NCBI RefSeq assembly: GCF_902459465.1
Contig: NC_047067.1
Span: forward strand, 1,612,001 to 1,676,000
Direction of reading: 5' to 3'
Source: Asterias rubens
Taxonomy: Eukaryota
DNA: 64,000 nucleotides
Part shown: positions 40,501-54,900 of the stretch, piece after piece
Layout: every line of letters starts with the position of its first letter
Numbering within the stretch: the stretch's first letter is position 1
Translations under genes and position numbers: made by a program
Notes under the pieces: model-generated
The model's database searches: none
The model's input: the letters and a program-made list of their open reading frames with translations, nothing else
What the model was told of the DNA's origin: nothing

Positions 40501-43500
40501 TACATAAACACAAACTCAAGGAGACATGATTACCCTGACACTCATGGACGACCCAAGACCATCTTATCAAAGTATTTAACAAAAGGATTGTCAGAACAAT
40601 TTGAGCAGCTGACCTAGAGTACCAAGATCATCACATTTAGGAAACTGGCTGCTTACCACTGAACAACATTTAGGAAACTGGCTGCTTACCACTGAACAAT
40701 CAAATTTTCTTTTTTAATCATTACTACTACCAGAAAAATAATGATGTTTCGCTTACATTTTTTAAACACAGTGCGTTCCAGTTCAGATTGTTCGCGTGAC
40801 ACACTTTTTTAAACAGTATCGCAAACATTTGCATGGTGACACTCCTTTATTAGCAAGGAACGTCGGACAATAAACAACAGATCGTTTCACAATGTTCCTT
40901 GCGAAAAATTCCACCAGCGTAATTTTTGTTGTAGGCCGGTGTACCAACTACAACACTTTTTTGACCATATATAATGTCTACTTTTGTTGTAACTAGTTTA
41001 TATACATGTACACTTATAAATTTAACCCTAAAGTGAACTGATTTTGATATATTTTTTTCAGGGCTATTTAGTCAACTGGGACGTTCAGCGTCAAGTTTGG
41101 GAGCACACATTCGGCAAAGATGCTTTGAACCTGGAGTGTGAGGAAACCAATGTGGTGTTTGCCGAGCCGTACTTTGATTTCTCATCCATCCAAGAAGCCC
41201 TGAATGAGATCTTCTTTGAAGAGTATAACTTTAAAGCTATTCTCAGAACAAATGGTAAATCTCAACCTCTCCTTGCCCTCCCTTCCCCCCACAAAAACCC
41301 CGAAATATACTCCCCTGACTGGCACTTTCCTTGTTGTATTGTAAACTTGGGTGTTCTAATGACCTATTCTTCTGGTTTTACTCCAAACCTATGGGGGGCA
41401 AGATGTCTCAGCTAGGAAATACATCGCCATATTGCGATACTTAATCGATATCGCGATCGATATATCGCGATATATCGATATTTCGTGATATATCGATATT
41501 TCGATTTAAACCAAAGCGATCCGATATCGAAATCGTTACCAAATTAGTATCGCGATATTCAATTATATCGTGGTATCGCCCAAGCTTAGTCGATGGTTCA
41601 AATCGTAATAACAAAATTAAATGATAATATAAAGAAAATCATCACCATCATGTCAAAATACTGAGAATACAGTGCTTACACACATCAATGTAATGGTAAT
41701 ACCAAATAATATAACTTACGAGTCTAACAAAGCACCTTTTTTCCTTTCACAGCTGGTACTCTAAGCGCTTATAAGAACCGGCAGGATAAACCTGAAGAAC
41801 TGTGTTGTCTTCTTGTTGACAGTGGCTACTCCTTCACTCACTTAGCCCCATACTACAACGGCAAGAAAGTTGGCAGTGCAATAAGAAGGTAAATTGCTGC
41901 TTGATACCCCACTAAGATTGATTTCCCTGTGATATGTTGCGGCTAAGCAGTTCAGAGCACGGACTCAAGGTGTAGTGTTTCTGATCAGCAGAGTGTGGGT
42001 TCAAGTCTCTGTCGTGGTGGTAATGCCCTTAAGATACTTAACCACAATTGCTTTGTCCCTCGGTTGGGACATTTAAGGAACACGTTGCCTTGGATCGGAC
42101 GAGTTGGTCTATAAAAAGCGTTTGAAACCGTTTGTTATGAAATGCATATGGTTAGAAAAATGTTTTAAAAGTAGAATATAATGATCCACACAAGTATCAC
42201 TCAAAATTGCACGGTTTTCTTTTTACGTCACGGTCGGCCATTTATGGGAGTCACAATTTTGACTCCCATAAATGGCTGACCGTATTATTGGACGAGGTAA
42301 AAAGAAAACCACGCAATTTCGAGGCATATTTGTGTAGATCATTGTGTTCTACTTTTACAACATCTTTCTAACCATATGCATTTTATAACAAACGGTTATA
42401 GTGCAAGTAAAACAACCTAGAACACTTTCTGTGAAAGTGTAGGGGTTAACCCGAGTGTTTCTGCTCACATTGCAAGCACCCTTGTTTACAGGTTTCCTCA
42501 GGCTTGCAAGCTACAGTGTAAGGGTAGGGGTTAACCCCAGTGTTTCTGGTTCCCATAGCAAGCACCCTTGTTAACAGGTTTCCTCAGGCTTGCAAGCTAC
42601 AGTGAAAGAGTAGGGGTTAACCCCAGTGTTTCTGGTTCCCATACAAGCACCCTTGTTTACAGGTTTCCTCAGGCTTGCAAGCTACAGTGTAAGGGTAGGG
42701 GTTAACCCCAGTGTTTTTGGTTCCCATACAAGCACCCTTGTTAACAGGTTTCCTCAGGCTTGCAAGCTACAGTGTAAGGGTAGGGGTTAACCCCAGTGTT
42801 TCTGGTTCCCATACAAGCACCATTGTTAACAGGTTTCCTCAGGCTTGCAAGCTACAGTGTAAGGGTAGGGGTTAACCCCAGTGTTTCTGGTTCCCATACA
42901 AGCACCCTTGTTTAAAGGTTTCAACATGATTGCAAGCTACAGTGAAAGTGTAGGGGTTAACCCCAGTGTTTCTGCTCACATTGCAAGCACCCTTGTTAAC
43001 AGGTTTCAACAGGATTGCAGGGTCCAAATTAAAAAATAAGGCACTGGACCCAGACCCAGCCGCCGATTTCTGGCGGATTGAATCACCTGCTGTAGAGGTA
43101 GTGTCAAAAAACAAGCTAGGGCCAAATTTGACTGCAGCCAACTTCGATATAGTGTGAGGCAATCTTGTTGTGGGCAAAATGTATAAGTGTTAATCAAACT
43201 TTTCACGCAAAGATTCGGCAGTCCATCTGAATTTTTTTCCTAACCACTTTTGGATCGTCTATAGTTTTGTGGCAGGCTGTGTTAAAGGTCTGTGCTAATT
43301 CTGTTTATTTACGCATTATTTTTTTCTCCAAAGGATGAACATCGGTGGAAAGGTTCTGACCAACCACTTGAAGGAAATCATTTCATATCGTCAACTACAC
43401 GTTATGGATGAAACTTATGTTATGAATCAAGTCAAGGAGGACGTATGCTTTGTGTCGCAGAACTTTTATGGAGATATGAAGACTGCAAAGTGAGTTGTGG

Positions 43501-46500
43501 CGAACAAAAATTACTTTCTTTCTGATTGTGTTCGTTGAGGATTTTTCACAGATCTCGTACTTAAAATGTTGAACCACAAACTTTTTACTAAGTGTGCTTT
43601 TATTGTTCCTCTTCTAAGTACATTTTTGTATCTACTGTCTTGATGTAAATTTTTATGTCAATGCACTTTTACTGTTGTATCTACTGTCTTTATGTCAATG
43701 CATTTTTACTGTTGTATCTACTGTCTTTATGTCAATGCATTTTTACTGTTGTATCTACTGTCTTTATGTCAATGCATTTTTACTGTTGTATCTACTGTCT
43801 TTAAATCAATGCATTTTTACTGTTGTATCTACTGTCTTTATGTCAATGCATTTTTACTGATGTATATACTGTCTTTATGTCAATGCATTTTTACTGTTGT
43901 ATCTACTGTCTTTATGTCAATGCATTTTTACTGTTGTATCTACTGTCTTTATGTCAATGCATTTTTACTGTTGTATCTACTGTCTTTATGTCAATGCATT
44001 TTTACTGTTGTATCTGCTGTCTTTATGCTAATGCCTTTCTACTGTCTGGAAAGTCTTGTAAGGGTCTTGTGTGGGGATTGTGGTATTTCCTTGCTTTTAC
44101 CAAGGTTTAGCTTTTAATCATTGTTATTATTATTATTATTTATTTGGCAATTCACATAAAAATACAAATAATCTAATTGTCTAATTATTTTGTTACTCGT
44201 TTGTGTAAATGGGCACAATATAAATGTCTGTTAACTGAGAGTTGAAACTAAATAGCTTTTGGTTTATAAACATGAAATTGTTTAACTGGTTTTAGATTGA
44301 GAGGCGGAGATAACTCAATCGTCAGGGATTACATCTTGCCGGATTTCTCCCATACCAAGAGAGGCTACCTGAAAGACAGTAATACCAAAGTCAAGACACA
44401 TGAACAGGTGAGAGTTAATCGCTGTACTATTCCTTTTTTGTACATTGACAACTTTTATCTTAAATACTGATTATTATATTGGCCAAATGTTGAGGATCTT
44501 CGGCTGAGAGTGCATATGCTGGTAACTTTTCCCCTCCTTCTTTTAATGTTCTTTTAATCAGGTCTGGATTTTCATCTGGAGATGGCCATTTTTCTTTTGC
44601 AAAGGGCACTTTTATTTGTTAGTCTTGAAGTCTACGTGAAAAGGGCACCAACAGAATTGATAACCCTCGTGGCTTTCATGTACCTACAGGCCTGTTTATT
44701 GTGTACCTACCATTTTTATGTTTGTAATATTGATTACTTTGTTTGCCAGATATTGAGTATCCTTGAGTACATGATGTGCTGATAACCCCTCCCTCCCTCA
44801 TTTCTTGTTCCTTTTTATTGTGTACCTCCAATGTTTTATATTTGATTGACTGCTCTATTTTCATATGATTTGCTTGGCCAGTTTTGGCTGCAGGTGGTTT
44901 TATTGTTTATCCCTAGTGTTCAGTTATATGTTTGTGTCTTGTATTAACTTTTTAATTCTTGTCTCGTTAAAATCTTTATTCATTAGTTATAATTGTTATT
45001 ACTGTCTTTTCAATGGTTTATCTGGCTTGTTTTGAATTATATGTCTTATTGCCATTTTTATTAGTCTATGTTTGTAAAGCGCTATGAGGATTTTGCGTTC
45101 TAACAATTAACTGCTTGGGACAAGGGCCCAAATTCATAGAGCTGCTTAAGCACAAAGAGTAGCTAAGCACATCTAAATTATTCTTACCAGAGTGTGTTGA
45201 CCAAACAAAGTACAATGTCACATGAACATCTGTGACTGGTGTCTTGCTCATTTGTGCTTTATAGCAGAATGTTGATAAGCAATACTCTTTTACTGAACGA
45301 AAAACAATATTTGTTTAATTACATATATGAACTATTTTTACTTGTAAATGTTCTTTTCTGCCTGCTTGGCTGCCAGTGCAGTTAATACATAAACCAGATT
45401 AATGATAATAATAAATCCAAGTCATTTGGCCCTGCAGGTTGCATGGTTGTTCTTTACCTTTGGTTTAATTTATGTGAATCCTGGTTCAAATCCCACTAGG
45501 GGTCAGAATAGTGAATATTGATCAGGATTCCTGTACCCATCTAGGCCTATTTGCTTAGCGTATCTCTACGGTATTCCTAAAACAGATTGCCACAAAGTTG
45601 ACATTGTTGCAACCTGTTTCCTGCGAATTCCTTACTCGATCAGACAGAGACATTTTGTGATCAGTTTACTTTAAATATTGTCATTATTTTATCATCTTCT
45701 GCATAACTGTAGAGAATCAAGTTCTCAAATTAATTGAGTTATTTGTTGTTGTCTTTTTCAGACCGTCCGAATGAACAATGAAAGATTTGCCGTTCCAGAA
45801 ATCCTGTTTCATCCGTCTGATATCAGTATACAGGAACAGGGCTTGTCGGAGGCTATCGTTCACGTCATTAATAACTGCCCAGCAGGTAGGCTGTCCATAG
45901 AGGGCGCTTTCTTATCCATGTTCCGGGTACTGTCCAAACAGTATCCTTTTCGGGGATTTCAGTTGAATAATGTCTTGTACAAAGGGAATGGTAATTTTTG
46001 GCTTGACAGACATTCGGGTCACAGTGTTTAAGTACTCTTTTGTTAATCCTGGACAGCTTGAAATGGGTTGTCTCTGTCCCTAATTCCCTGCTGTTCCCTC
46101 TCCCACCCTATTACTAGCCTTATCCAATCTACCATCATCTCTCAATTATTCTTCACATGTTTCTTGTTGTATCCAAACCTTATGTCAGTCATCTTCATTC
46201 AGGACCAGTGCTTTAGTTTAGTTGCTATGTAGCCTGTATGCCTACATGTAGTTCTGTTCAATATGTTGATTTGTTTTTCTTCCTATAAATAAAATTTGAT
46301 AAAAAATACATGTATTGTTATTGTACTTTGTAAAATGGCCGAATAAATAATATCAATAATAATAATAATAGTATTAGTTTCTGTTTTTAAGGGATAGGGG
46401 AAATTTTTAGTCTAATATGGTTAATTTCTGTTTTCTTTTCCTTTTTTTTTGATTGATTGATTTTTTCTTCTTCTTTTAATCTTAGTGTATTGTATTGACA

Positions 46501-47471
46501 CTGTATTTTTCTATGCCATTTTATTTCTGTTTTTGAGAAATGTTGTTAAATTTTAGAATATTTGTATATAGGCTTATTGAATTTTGCATTTTAATTATTT
46601 TGTCAAGTTGAGCATTATTAATCGTGAAACAAAATTATTTAAAAAAAATGATTTACCACTTTCAACACCGTGCAAACTTCAAGTCTTACCCAATCAGGCA
46701 ATATGGAGAAGAACATATACTTTCATTTTTTATAATAATTTATCTTTTGTTGACAATGCTTTTCAGACATGAGGCCGCACCTGTTTAAGAACATCTTACT
46801 AACCGGCGGCAATGCAATGTTCCCTGGTTTTAAGGAGAGAGTAGAAAGTGATGTACGATCAATGGCACCCGCTCAGTACGAAGTCAGCGTCACTAAACCA
46901 GATCAGTAAGTCTCTTCAAACTATAAGTGAGGGCTGGTGGAACATGGTATTTATTTCCTGATGTGTCACAGTGGGAGTACGGTGCCAACTGTGTGTACAT
47001 CACTAAAAGTTTCCTCGCAGCATTTTGTTTTAACCAGGCTTAATTATGTTGCCCAGGTTTAACCTGGTATGTTTTTACCAGGTTTATGCTGCTTTATTTT
47101 TGCATTGTTCACTAGAGTTTAACACACCCAAGAGATCAAAATCGTTTTCTGAATGTAATTCGTGACTTATTAAACTAATATTGTAGTTATGGTTAGAAAA
47201 ACCAGGGTTTTAATACACATATTCAATGTTGTGTTTGTAACCATAAAGTTGCCCCCATTCATATAATTTGTTTACATTAAAGAACTTTCTAGTAAAGTTT
47301 TGAAACAGCTTTCTAACGATTGTTTGATCATCTCATTCCAGTCCAATCACAGATGCATGGGAGGGCGGCAAATTACTCAGCAAATCTAAAAACTTCTCTA
47401 AACTTATGGTGACAAGAGAGGAGTACAATGAACACGGTCACAGTGTCTGCTGGGAAAGATTTGACGTCTGA
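37542..47471 (+). CDS. ACTR6: Actin-related protein 6 (SWR1/SRCAP subunit), 9 exons, 393 aa
   Basis: Exons are 37542-37615, 40068-40185, 41062-41254, 41753-41888, 43334-43489, 44296-44407, 45762-45885, 46767-46905 and 47342-47471 (1182 nt). Motifs include IVIDNGAY, GYLVNWDVQRQVW, VDSGYSFTH, LTNHLKEIISYRQLHVMDETYV, NERFAVPEILFHPSDI and NILLTGGNAMFPGF. Confidence 0.97.
37753..38577. mobile_element. Foldback/MULE-like element with GACAACTCGACGG subterminal arrays and an 8-bp TSD
   Basis: The ends read cttagtaa|ggagaccagacaactcg ... cgagttgtctgacattc|ctaagtaa (7/8 TSD match). A degenerate relative lies at 38700-38900. Confidence 0.85.
40634..40699. repeat. Perfect 33-bp tandem duplication
   Basis: catttaggaaactggctgcttaccactgaacaa occurs twice. 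Confidence 0.95.
41412..41588. mobile_element. CGATAT-rich degenerate hAT-like MITE in ACTR6 intron 3
   Basis: Dense cgatat/atatcg repeats, ending tatcgcccaagctta. Confidence 0.55.
41929..42072 (+). mobile_element. 5' head of a tRNA-derived SINE (second copy on minus at about 51210-51340)
   Basis: tgtttctgatcagcagagtg(t)gggttc (B-box) is shared with the minus-strand copy at 51.3 kb. Confidence 0.7.
42431..43018. repeat. 85-bp minisatellite, ~7 units, in ACTR6 intron 4
   Basis: agcacc recurs at 42475, 42561, 42646, 42731, 42816, 42901 and 42986. Confidence 0.97.
43625..44045. repeat. 37-bp minisatellite, ~11 units, in ACTR6 intron 5
   Basis: The unit is tactgtctttatgtcaatgcatttttactgttgtatc. 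Confidence 0.97.
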
Positions 47472-48430
47472 GGGAGTTTAAGAGTTGTGACTGTCATTCA
47501 GAAGATCCTGACTGTAAGCGTTCCTGTATGTGAAGAGCCCTCCGGAGGTAAAATATGGCCATGATGGTTGTAAGGCCTCAGGTTGGTCGCTACTAGACTG
47601 GTTCCCTCTCTTTATCCACAAGAAGAAAGATAGCCCCTGATCTTACCGGCCCAATGATTTCATTGGGTACAATGATTTCATTGGATAGACGTGCAGTGAC
47701 GTAACCATTCCATATCTGTGTTATGATTTGTTCGAGGTGATGCAGTGTGTCAGCTGCACTTTCAACCGTCTGCATGCAGCGTTTGTGTGCATAATGTTGT
47801 GTACATCATGTAGTGTTGTTTTACTCACTATGTAATACATGTTTGTGTACATGGGCATGTGAATTGACTGCAAATCCCTGAGTAAACTTAATAATGTGAG
47901 GGCAAAGATTAACTTGTCAGGATCTGGTCTGGCTGGTATCTGGCGTAATTCATGAGCTTTGAAGTGAGGCATCAGATGTTCATTCAGGCTAGGCCTCAGC
48001 TTGGTCCCAAGTTTCCAAGCCAGATGGGCTTGGGTTTGTCCACGGAGTATAATTCGACATTGCACTGTCTGAAATAAGGTGCTGCCTAGGTCGATGGTTG
48101 CCAACTTGGAAAGTATGTGGCTAGTGTTGGGGATCATTTTGCCATGGCTTTCAATTTGAGCCAAACTTTTATACAATTTTTATACAGAACAATTTTTAAT
48201 AAAATATTAGTTGGTCAGTAATGAAAACAAATCACTAAAGAGTACATCACCATCTGTTGGAAGGATCCAGCGAGTTGTGAACAGCGGCAGTACGATGCCT
48301 GGCACCAACATGAAGATATTGTTTTAACCCATCAACATATTCACTAACTATAAAAAAATAAAGGGTCTTTTCCAAAACCTCGGTTTGAGCTCCGTCATCA
48401 TTTTGGAGGTGTGTACATTTAGTGCAGTGT

Positions 48431-48816
48431 TTAAAGGCAGTGGACACTATTGGTAATTACTCAAAATAATTATTAGCATAAAACCTTACTTGGTAATGAG
48501 TAATGGGGAGAGGTTGATAGTATAAAACATTGTGAGAAACAGCTCCCTCTGAAGTGACGTAGTTTTCGAGAAAGAAGTAATTTTCTGCGAATTTGATTTC
48601 GAGACCCCAGATTTAGAATTTGATGTCTTGAAATCAAGCATCTGAAAGCACACAACTTCGGGTGACAAGGTGTTTTTTTCTTTTATTATTATCTCGCAAC
48701 TTGACGACCAATTGAGCTCAGATTTTCACAGGTTTGTTATTTTATGCTTTATGTTGAGATACACCAAGTGAGAAGACTGGTCTTTGACAGTTACCAATAG
48801 TGTACAGTGTCTTTAT
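48431..48816 (+). mobile_element. Family A MITE
   Basis: Same TIRs and interior. Confidence 0.9.
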
Positions 48817-51800
48817 AACACCAAATGGAGCCCGGAGACTAAGGCAAAGTTTGGAAAAAGTCAAAGTTTGGAAGCAGACACGAAGGCTGGTCCACTTAGT
48901 ACACAATACGGTACCATTACCATTGTTGCAGTCCAACATGGCCAGCTATTTTTAAGACTAAACTTTGTGTAAAGGAAAACATTTGGTTGTAACTATCGCG
49001 ACGTCTATGCAAGGTACTTCATAATCCTAATTTGTATTTTTATTAAGTGATTCATGACAAACAGTATGTACATTTTTTCTGGCATTAAAAAGTATTCATT
49101 TGGTAAATTGAACTGTGTATGTTTATTTATTTAATTTTCAAAACCGAGTACATTCAGCTCATCTGATAACAGGTGGAATGGTTTTTGTACAGAGCATTTT
49201 CTTTACTCTGTCTTTAACTCCTTCACCTCAAGACAGTTTGTAATGGTGTTGCGCTAAGCAAAAATGTACTTAATGCTTATATGCTTAGCATAGATGAACT
49301 GACTGCTTTAAGGCAAAGTTTACTCTTTTTTTTCTTTGAACTGTCTGATTGTTTTAATCCTATATAAATGTAGATGTACAAATGTGAACATTTTTTCAAA
49401 ATGTAAGCGGGAATGGAGATCGGAAGCGCAAAATTCGTTTATAACCAGAGCTATCATCCTATGAAATTAGGATCGGCTCTCAACTCTCATTTTTATAAAG
49501 ATATAACTTACAGTTGTTTTGCATTTTTTAATTTTTACACATACACTTATTTGGGGGGGGGGGGGTTATAAAAAAGAACAAGTCTACAGTCTCCCACTTA
49601 AGTCTTTTATCATAATTACTATTTACAATTCAATTTATTTGAATTCACAAATTAGTAAATAGATATTAATTACACACTTTACAAAATTCAGTTCATGCAT
49701 CTACTACATTGTCCTCTTATATGAAGGCTTTCATGGCTCCAAACCTGTGTAGCGGAGACTACATATGTGCACGCGCCACTGGTGAAGCCACATAGCCTTT
49801 TCCAACTTGATTGTGCGTGTTTTCGTGGTTGCATGACTTGTAAAGATTCAAATGTAACTTATTCATAATTTTGATACAAATATGTAAAATGTTGAAAGGT
49901 TAACCAATCACAATGCTGAAGAGGTAAATAAAGGCTGACAACATTGCATACTTGGTTTGCAAAATTTTCGACACCAGAAGGGTAGCAAAAAAGTGGACAT
50001 AAAGAAAAACATAAAGAAAAAATCCTGACACGTAGGAAAAGACTCTCGGGGCTTTGTCACTCAGGCATGTAGTCTCTGGTTCCAGGCACTTTGTGGCTAC
50101 ATTCCTTCCAGAGCCTCAAAGGCCTTGAGTTAAGGCTAGTGTACCAGGGACTTTTGATTGCTACTTTGCTCAATAATAATCTGCATTGATAAAATATTAT
50201 TTACATTTTTAATTTTTTTATTCTATATATAAACAGCTGAACTTTGACTAAAGATTGTCTAGGGAATATTTTTTACAAATTGATCAATTGATAAACGCAT
50301 AATATCAAATTGTTTCCTGTGGTTTGAGAAACGTTTACATAGCTTTACATTTACCTTTATACTGTTTCTAACTATTACACAAGTCTGCACTAGTAAAAAG
50401 AAAAGTTTTTGACTAGAGTTTGCTATATAGCAGGAACTGTACTTGCTACTTAGCACCCTTTTCTGCAAATAGCTTGATTAAATTGGGCCCTTTAAGAGTT
50501 ACAAATTTGTATTTGCATTTTTTGTCACTTCTACTCAAACGGTTTGCCCACCAACTTTTCATTAATAAAAATGCTTGGTACAGTGAAATTTTTTATTTTG
50601 TTTTCTAGTTTGACAACATCTTTAAGACATTTGACTTAGATTTAAATGACCCTTGAGGATCATGAATCAGTTGAATGCATGTCTAGCCAAGTGGAAAGGT
50701 GCAACCAAAGTCCATTGGTGATAGATGAAGCCAAAATGGTTTCTAGCAATAATTCACGTCAGTTTAACGAGGCTGCACTTCCGCCGATTACAGTTATTTA
50801 GGCTTGTCATCGATTTACCGCGCTGTGGTTGTTGCAAAAATCGTAATGATAGATTGTTCACACGTGACATCCCACAGTTTGCAGTCGGTTATCTTTGCTG
50901 GCAAATATCAATTTGTTTTGAATGTACAACAACATGATGCCTGGTGCAAAATGCAGAAGTTTGATCAAAGTCCTTGCTTGATTGGTCTGTGTGAAATACT
51001 TTGCTGCGTAGAAAATTGAGAACACTTGATGCAGCTCAAAGTCAAAACCCAGTAATAGTTGCCTGTAATGATGGCGTATATGATGGGACTACCTGTATTG
51101 CCGGAACTGGGTCGGAAATTAATCATCGCATGTGGTTTGACTGAAGCTGTGTGGGTGTATTGTTTGTTACCCTCTCAAATCTTCTTAAGGATGTTGTCGG
51201 ATTGCAGGGATTGAGGGCTATAGACCAAAATGAAAATTGCTCTAAATCTTGGTCAAGGACACAAGTGTCAAGACCGGGTCTCGAACCCACTCTGCTGATC
51301 AGAAACACCAAAGCTCGAGTCTGGTGTTCTACACGCAACAAATTCATAATCAACCAGCTCTAGGTAATCTCTGATGAGAAACTTGATTCACAATAAGTTT
51401 TTTCATTATTTTATTTGGGGAAGTGAGGTACAGCAAGAAGAATGTCTCTTATATTGCTGCTAACATGTTCTGTTCGCATGCAGTGCAATTGGTTGCCTCC
51501 CAGTGCCTGTAAAAATTGCCCTGCTTGACTTGGGCAAACATTTCCATGTTGAGTGACCATAGAAAGGAGGATAGTGGAGGATCGAGGTTGCCTATGGGCA
51601 AGTGGGCCAATACAGTGAATGGGGTCATTAATTACAAAGGCAAGCAATAGTCAAACTATACTCCCAATCAGTGGCGTAACCAGACATTTATTTTTATTTT
51701 TTTTTGGGGGGAGGGGCAAGTGGTGGCAAAACATAATTTTGGATTATTCTTCCCCCGATACCTCAAAAACTCTATTGACATGAATTGTTCAAGGGTTAGT

Positions 51801-51967
51801 TTTATTGTACATATCTAGATCTACATGGGATTAAAATAATTGAATAATTCCAAAAACCAAAGGTATACTTTGCCTTGTTATCAAACCCTTCTTTTGTAAT
51901 TTTGTTTTAATCGATCTCAAGTTGGGCAGGGGGCCTTTGGTTACACCACTGACTCCAATCTAAGCGA

Positions 51968-54900
51968 CTACAACATATGAGAGAAGTGTTTATCGTACAC
52001 TGTGAAATGATGTTTCCTCATGTCTTGAAGATGTTGTTTTTTATCCTTGAGGGATGTCTTGATGTCATCGATGATGGAATTGGTCAGATCATGTAGGGCT
52101 ATATTTGTACCCGTTGTACACTGCAATTGGTATTGCTGGGGTGTGACCCTCTGGCAGTAGGTTTCTGTAATAAGACGAAATCAAGTTTTGAGGAAATATA
52201 CTTTGGTTTGCTGCATTAGATGATCTTCCCGTCAAGTGAACTCGGCAAACTCCCACAAAGGGATATAAACACCAAGCTGGCAACAGCCAATCTCTCTCAT
52301 TATACAAATATTGGTTTAATGCCTATGATTACGAATTGCACACATCAAGAAATTGTGATTGAGTAACTAGACGACAATACTTATTCTAGTCGTGAAATCA
52401 GTTCAAACCCTAAACCTTGTGATTGCAAGTTCTGCGATCTAACCGCTAGCTTTTTCCCTTGTACTGCTGCACTTTGGAACTACTTCCCTGTAATTACATC
52501 ATCTTCAAATCTATCCCAGTTCAAGAGGTATGTGAACAAAGTACCTTCTCTCTCTCTTTAAATTGTCTTGTTTTCTTGTAGCCTTTGTGTTGGGCGACTT
52601 AAAAAAAAAAATATATATATAGTTTAACAAAATATGTAAATATTTTGTGAATTTGTTGTGGCACTACGAGTCGGAATACCAACCTAAACTGATGTCTTTG
52701 AGTCCTGCCTTCAATCGTGCTATTCTGATCTTTGCTGCCTCCTCAACAAGTTGTGGAATCTTGAAGATTCTATCGTTACAATCCACCATGAAGGAGACCA
52801 AGTTCTTCTCTTGGACTGGGGTCACTACTTGACTTGGAATGATCAGCGATGTAAAAGTTGTAATGAGTGTGATTCGGTTGTCCGTCTATTAAGAATGGGG
52901 GAAGGTTGAATGATTTTGAAAATGAATAATCTGACATCGGTTTTGTTGTTTGATTGTCTTTCTCGTGGATCAAGCATATGTTTTAATATAAAATATTTTG
53001 ATTTTAGGTTACAGATTTGTAATTTTAAGTTTAGTTTAGATTAACCATCCTACTGTTTGACCATTCAATATCATCCACTGTGGTTTTGAATTTTTAAACT
53101 ATGCCAGCCTGCAGTATGATACCACATGGTAAATGCATCTACGCAGAACACAACCAACCCTCCTACAGTCAAAACAGTCGATATCATCCACTGTGGTGTC
53201 AGCATGCATATGATATCGTAATTTGTGAAACGTCATCATCTTTAGGGATCAGATTGGCTCAGTGAATTCTTTCCCTGTCTTTCACCTCTGTGGACCCCGG
53301 TTCCAATCCCACCTCAGACCGAAGCCTTGCATGTGGATTTGGTTTTCGGTCTCTACGTGATTTTCCCCCTTGGGGTTTCCTGTTCATCATGTTCTTGGCG
53401 CTAATTTTGCTGTTGGATGTGTAATCAAATAAAAGGGTTTGTAATCTTCATGACTGCATACCTCATAGCTCAGTTTCACAGCATTCTTAGTGCTTGCCGC
53501 ACTCATGAATCCCAGCAACCTCTTCAGTTCATCTCGTTCCTTCTTCCCAACAATCAACATCATCACCTGTGTCAACTCAATGGCTCTCGTTGTCTTCCCT
53601 CGAGCGAGAGAACCCAAGATGGCCGACAAGACCTCATGGAGATCAGCTGGGATCAAGTGATGTTTCCTCCCAGCGTAGTGATTGGTCAGAGTCTGGAAGA
53701 GGAGTAATTTGCGTGCATGAACCGAGGACTGTGATTGGCTGTTGGTGCTACTAAGGAAGCTGGCTGCTATTGAAGCGCCCTCTGGGTGTGAGTGAAGACA
53801 AGCAATGGCGGACGAGAACCAAGGATCACTGCTGGAAATTATCAAATAAAACACATCTATTATGTTTCTTGAATAATGATTTGGGTTAAACAAATTGACT
53901 ACCAACTAAGCTATCCAGCCCTATGTTGGCAGTCTCCCTATTAGTCAATATCTTTGTTCGGGGGTGCCAGTCAGAAGCAATACAACAGTTAACTGCCGCA
54001 TAGCAGTTATGATTTGGGTTAGACAAATTGACTGGAGCAGGACTTGAACCAATGAACTCCATATTACTGTATCAAAGCTCTACCAACTAAGCTATCCAGC
54101 CCTATGTTGGCAGTCTCCCTATTAGTCAATATCTTTGTTTGGGGTGCCAGTCAGAAGCCATACAACAGTTAACTGCCACATAGGCTAGCCAGGGATCACC
54201 AAGTTTTTTATACAACCTCGGAAGTGGCAGCCAAGGGATCACCTTAAGGAAATGTGACTTTTCTTAATACTGTGGGGGGCAATAAGTCGCTCTCGGGAAG
54301 TGAACTTTGTCAAGTTGATGACAAGACTGCAGTATTAAAGAGAATTTGATTGGTAACTTACCCCGTGGTGTCATCTTTGATTGTGTTTCCATTCGCTAAA
54401 CTCTCTCCGATATCGTTTCTAGCTTCAAACTTTTCTGTGCAGCTTAAAATGTCCTCTAGAAGGGGTAAGTCCACTAATTGCAACAGCCTCTGTACTGTAG
54501 ACTCCTTCCAGATCTGATTCAAATCTTTGAATAAACAACAATTATAAAAAACCATCAAAAAACAAATAATAAAATTTAAAAACATTCAACAACCCTCCCC
54601 ATAGGTGGTGCTACTACAAGCCACATGCCGATTTATTAAGAAAGATATAATAAAAATCACATATGAAAGTTTCAGTTGGATTCAGTTGTCTACTTGTTGA
54701 GAAAAAGCAAACAATTATTTTATGTTGAATTCATCCTTGTTGACAGCGGATACTAGTCACATCTCTGGCTTCAGTACAACCCAACTCAAATAAGATTTTT
54801 CACATGGTGCTACCACAAACCTCACCTGATTATTATGAATTACTCTTATAATGAGATGTTTTATTTTTCAAATATCCTTTGAAATAATTGCTCTTTAAAT

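Noticed and set aside
42431-43018. CRISPR-like regular repeats
   Set aside because: The units are contiguous with no unique spacers, the context is a eukaryotic intron, and there are no cas genes.
43675-44117. Repetitive Cys/Tyr-rich ORFs
   Set aside because: They are read-outs of the 37-bp minisatellite.
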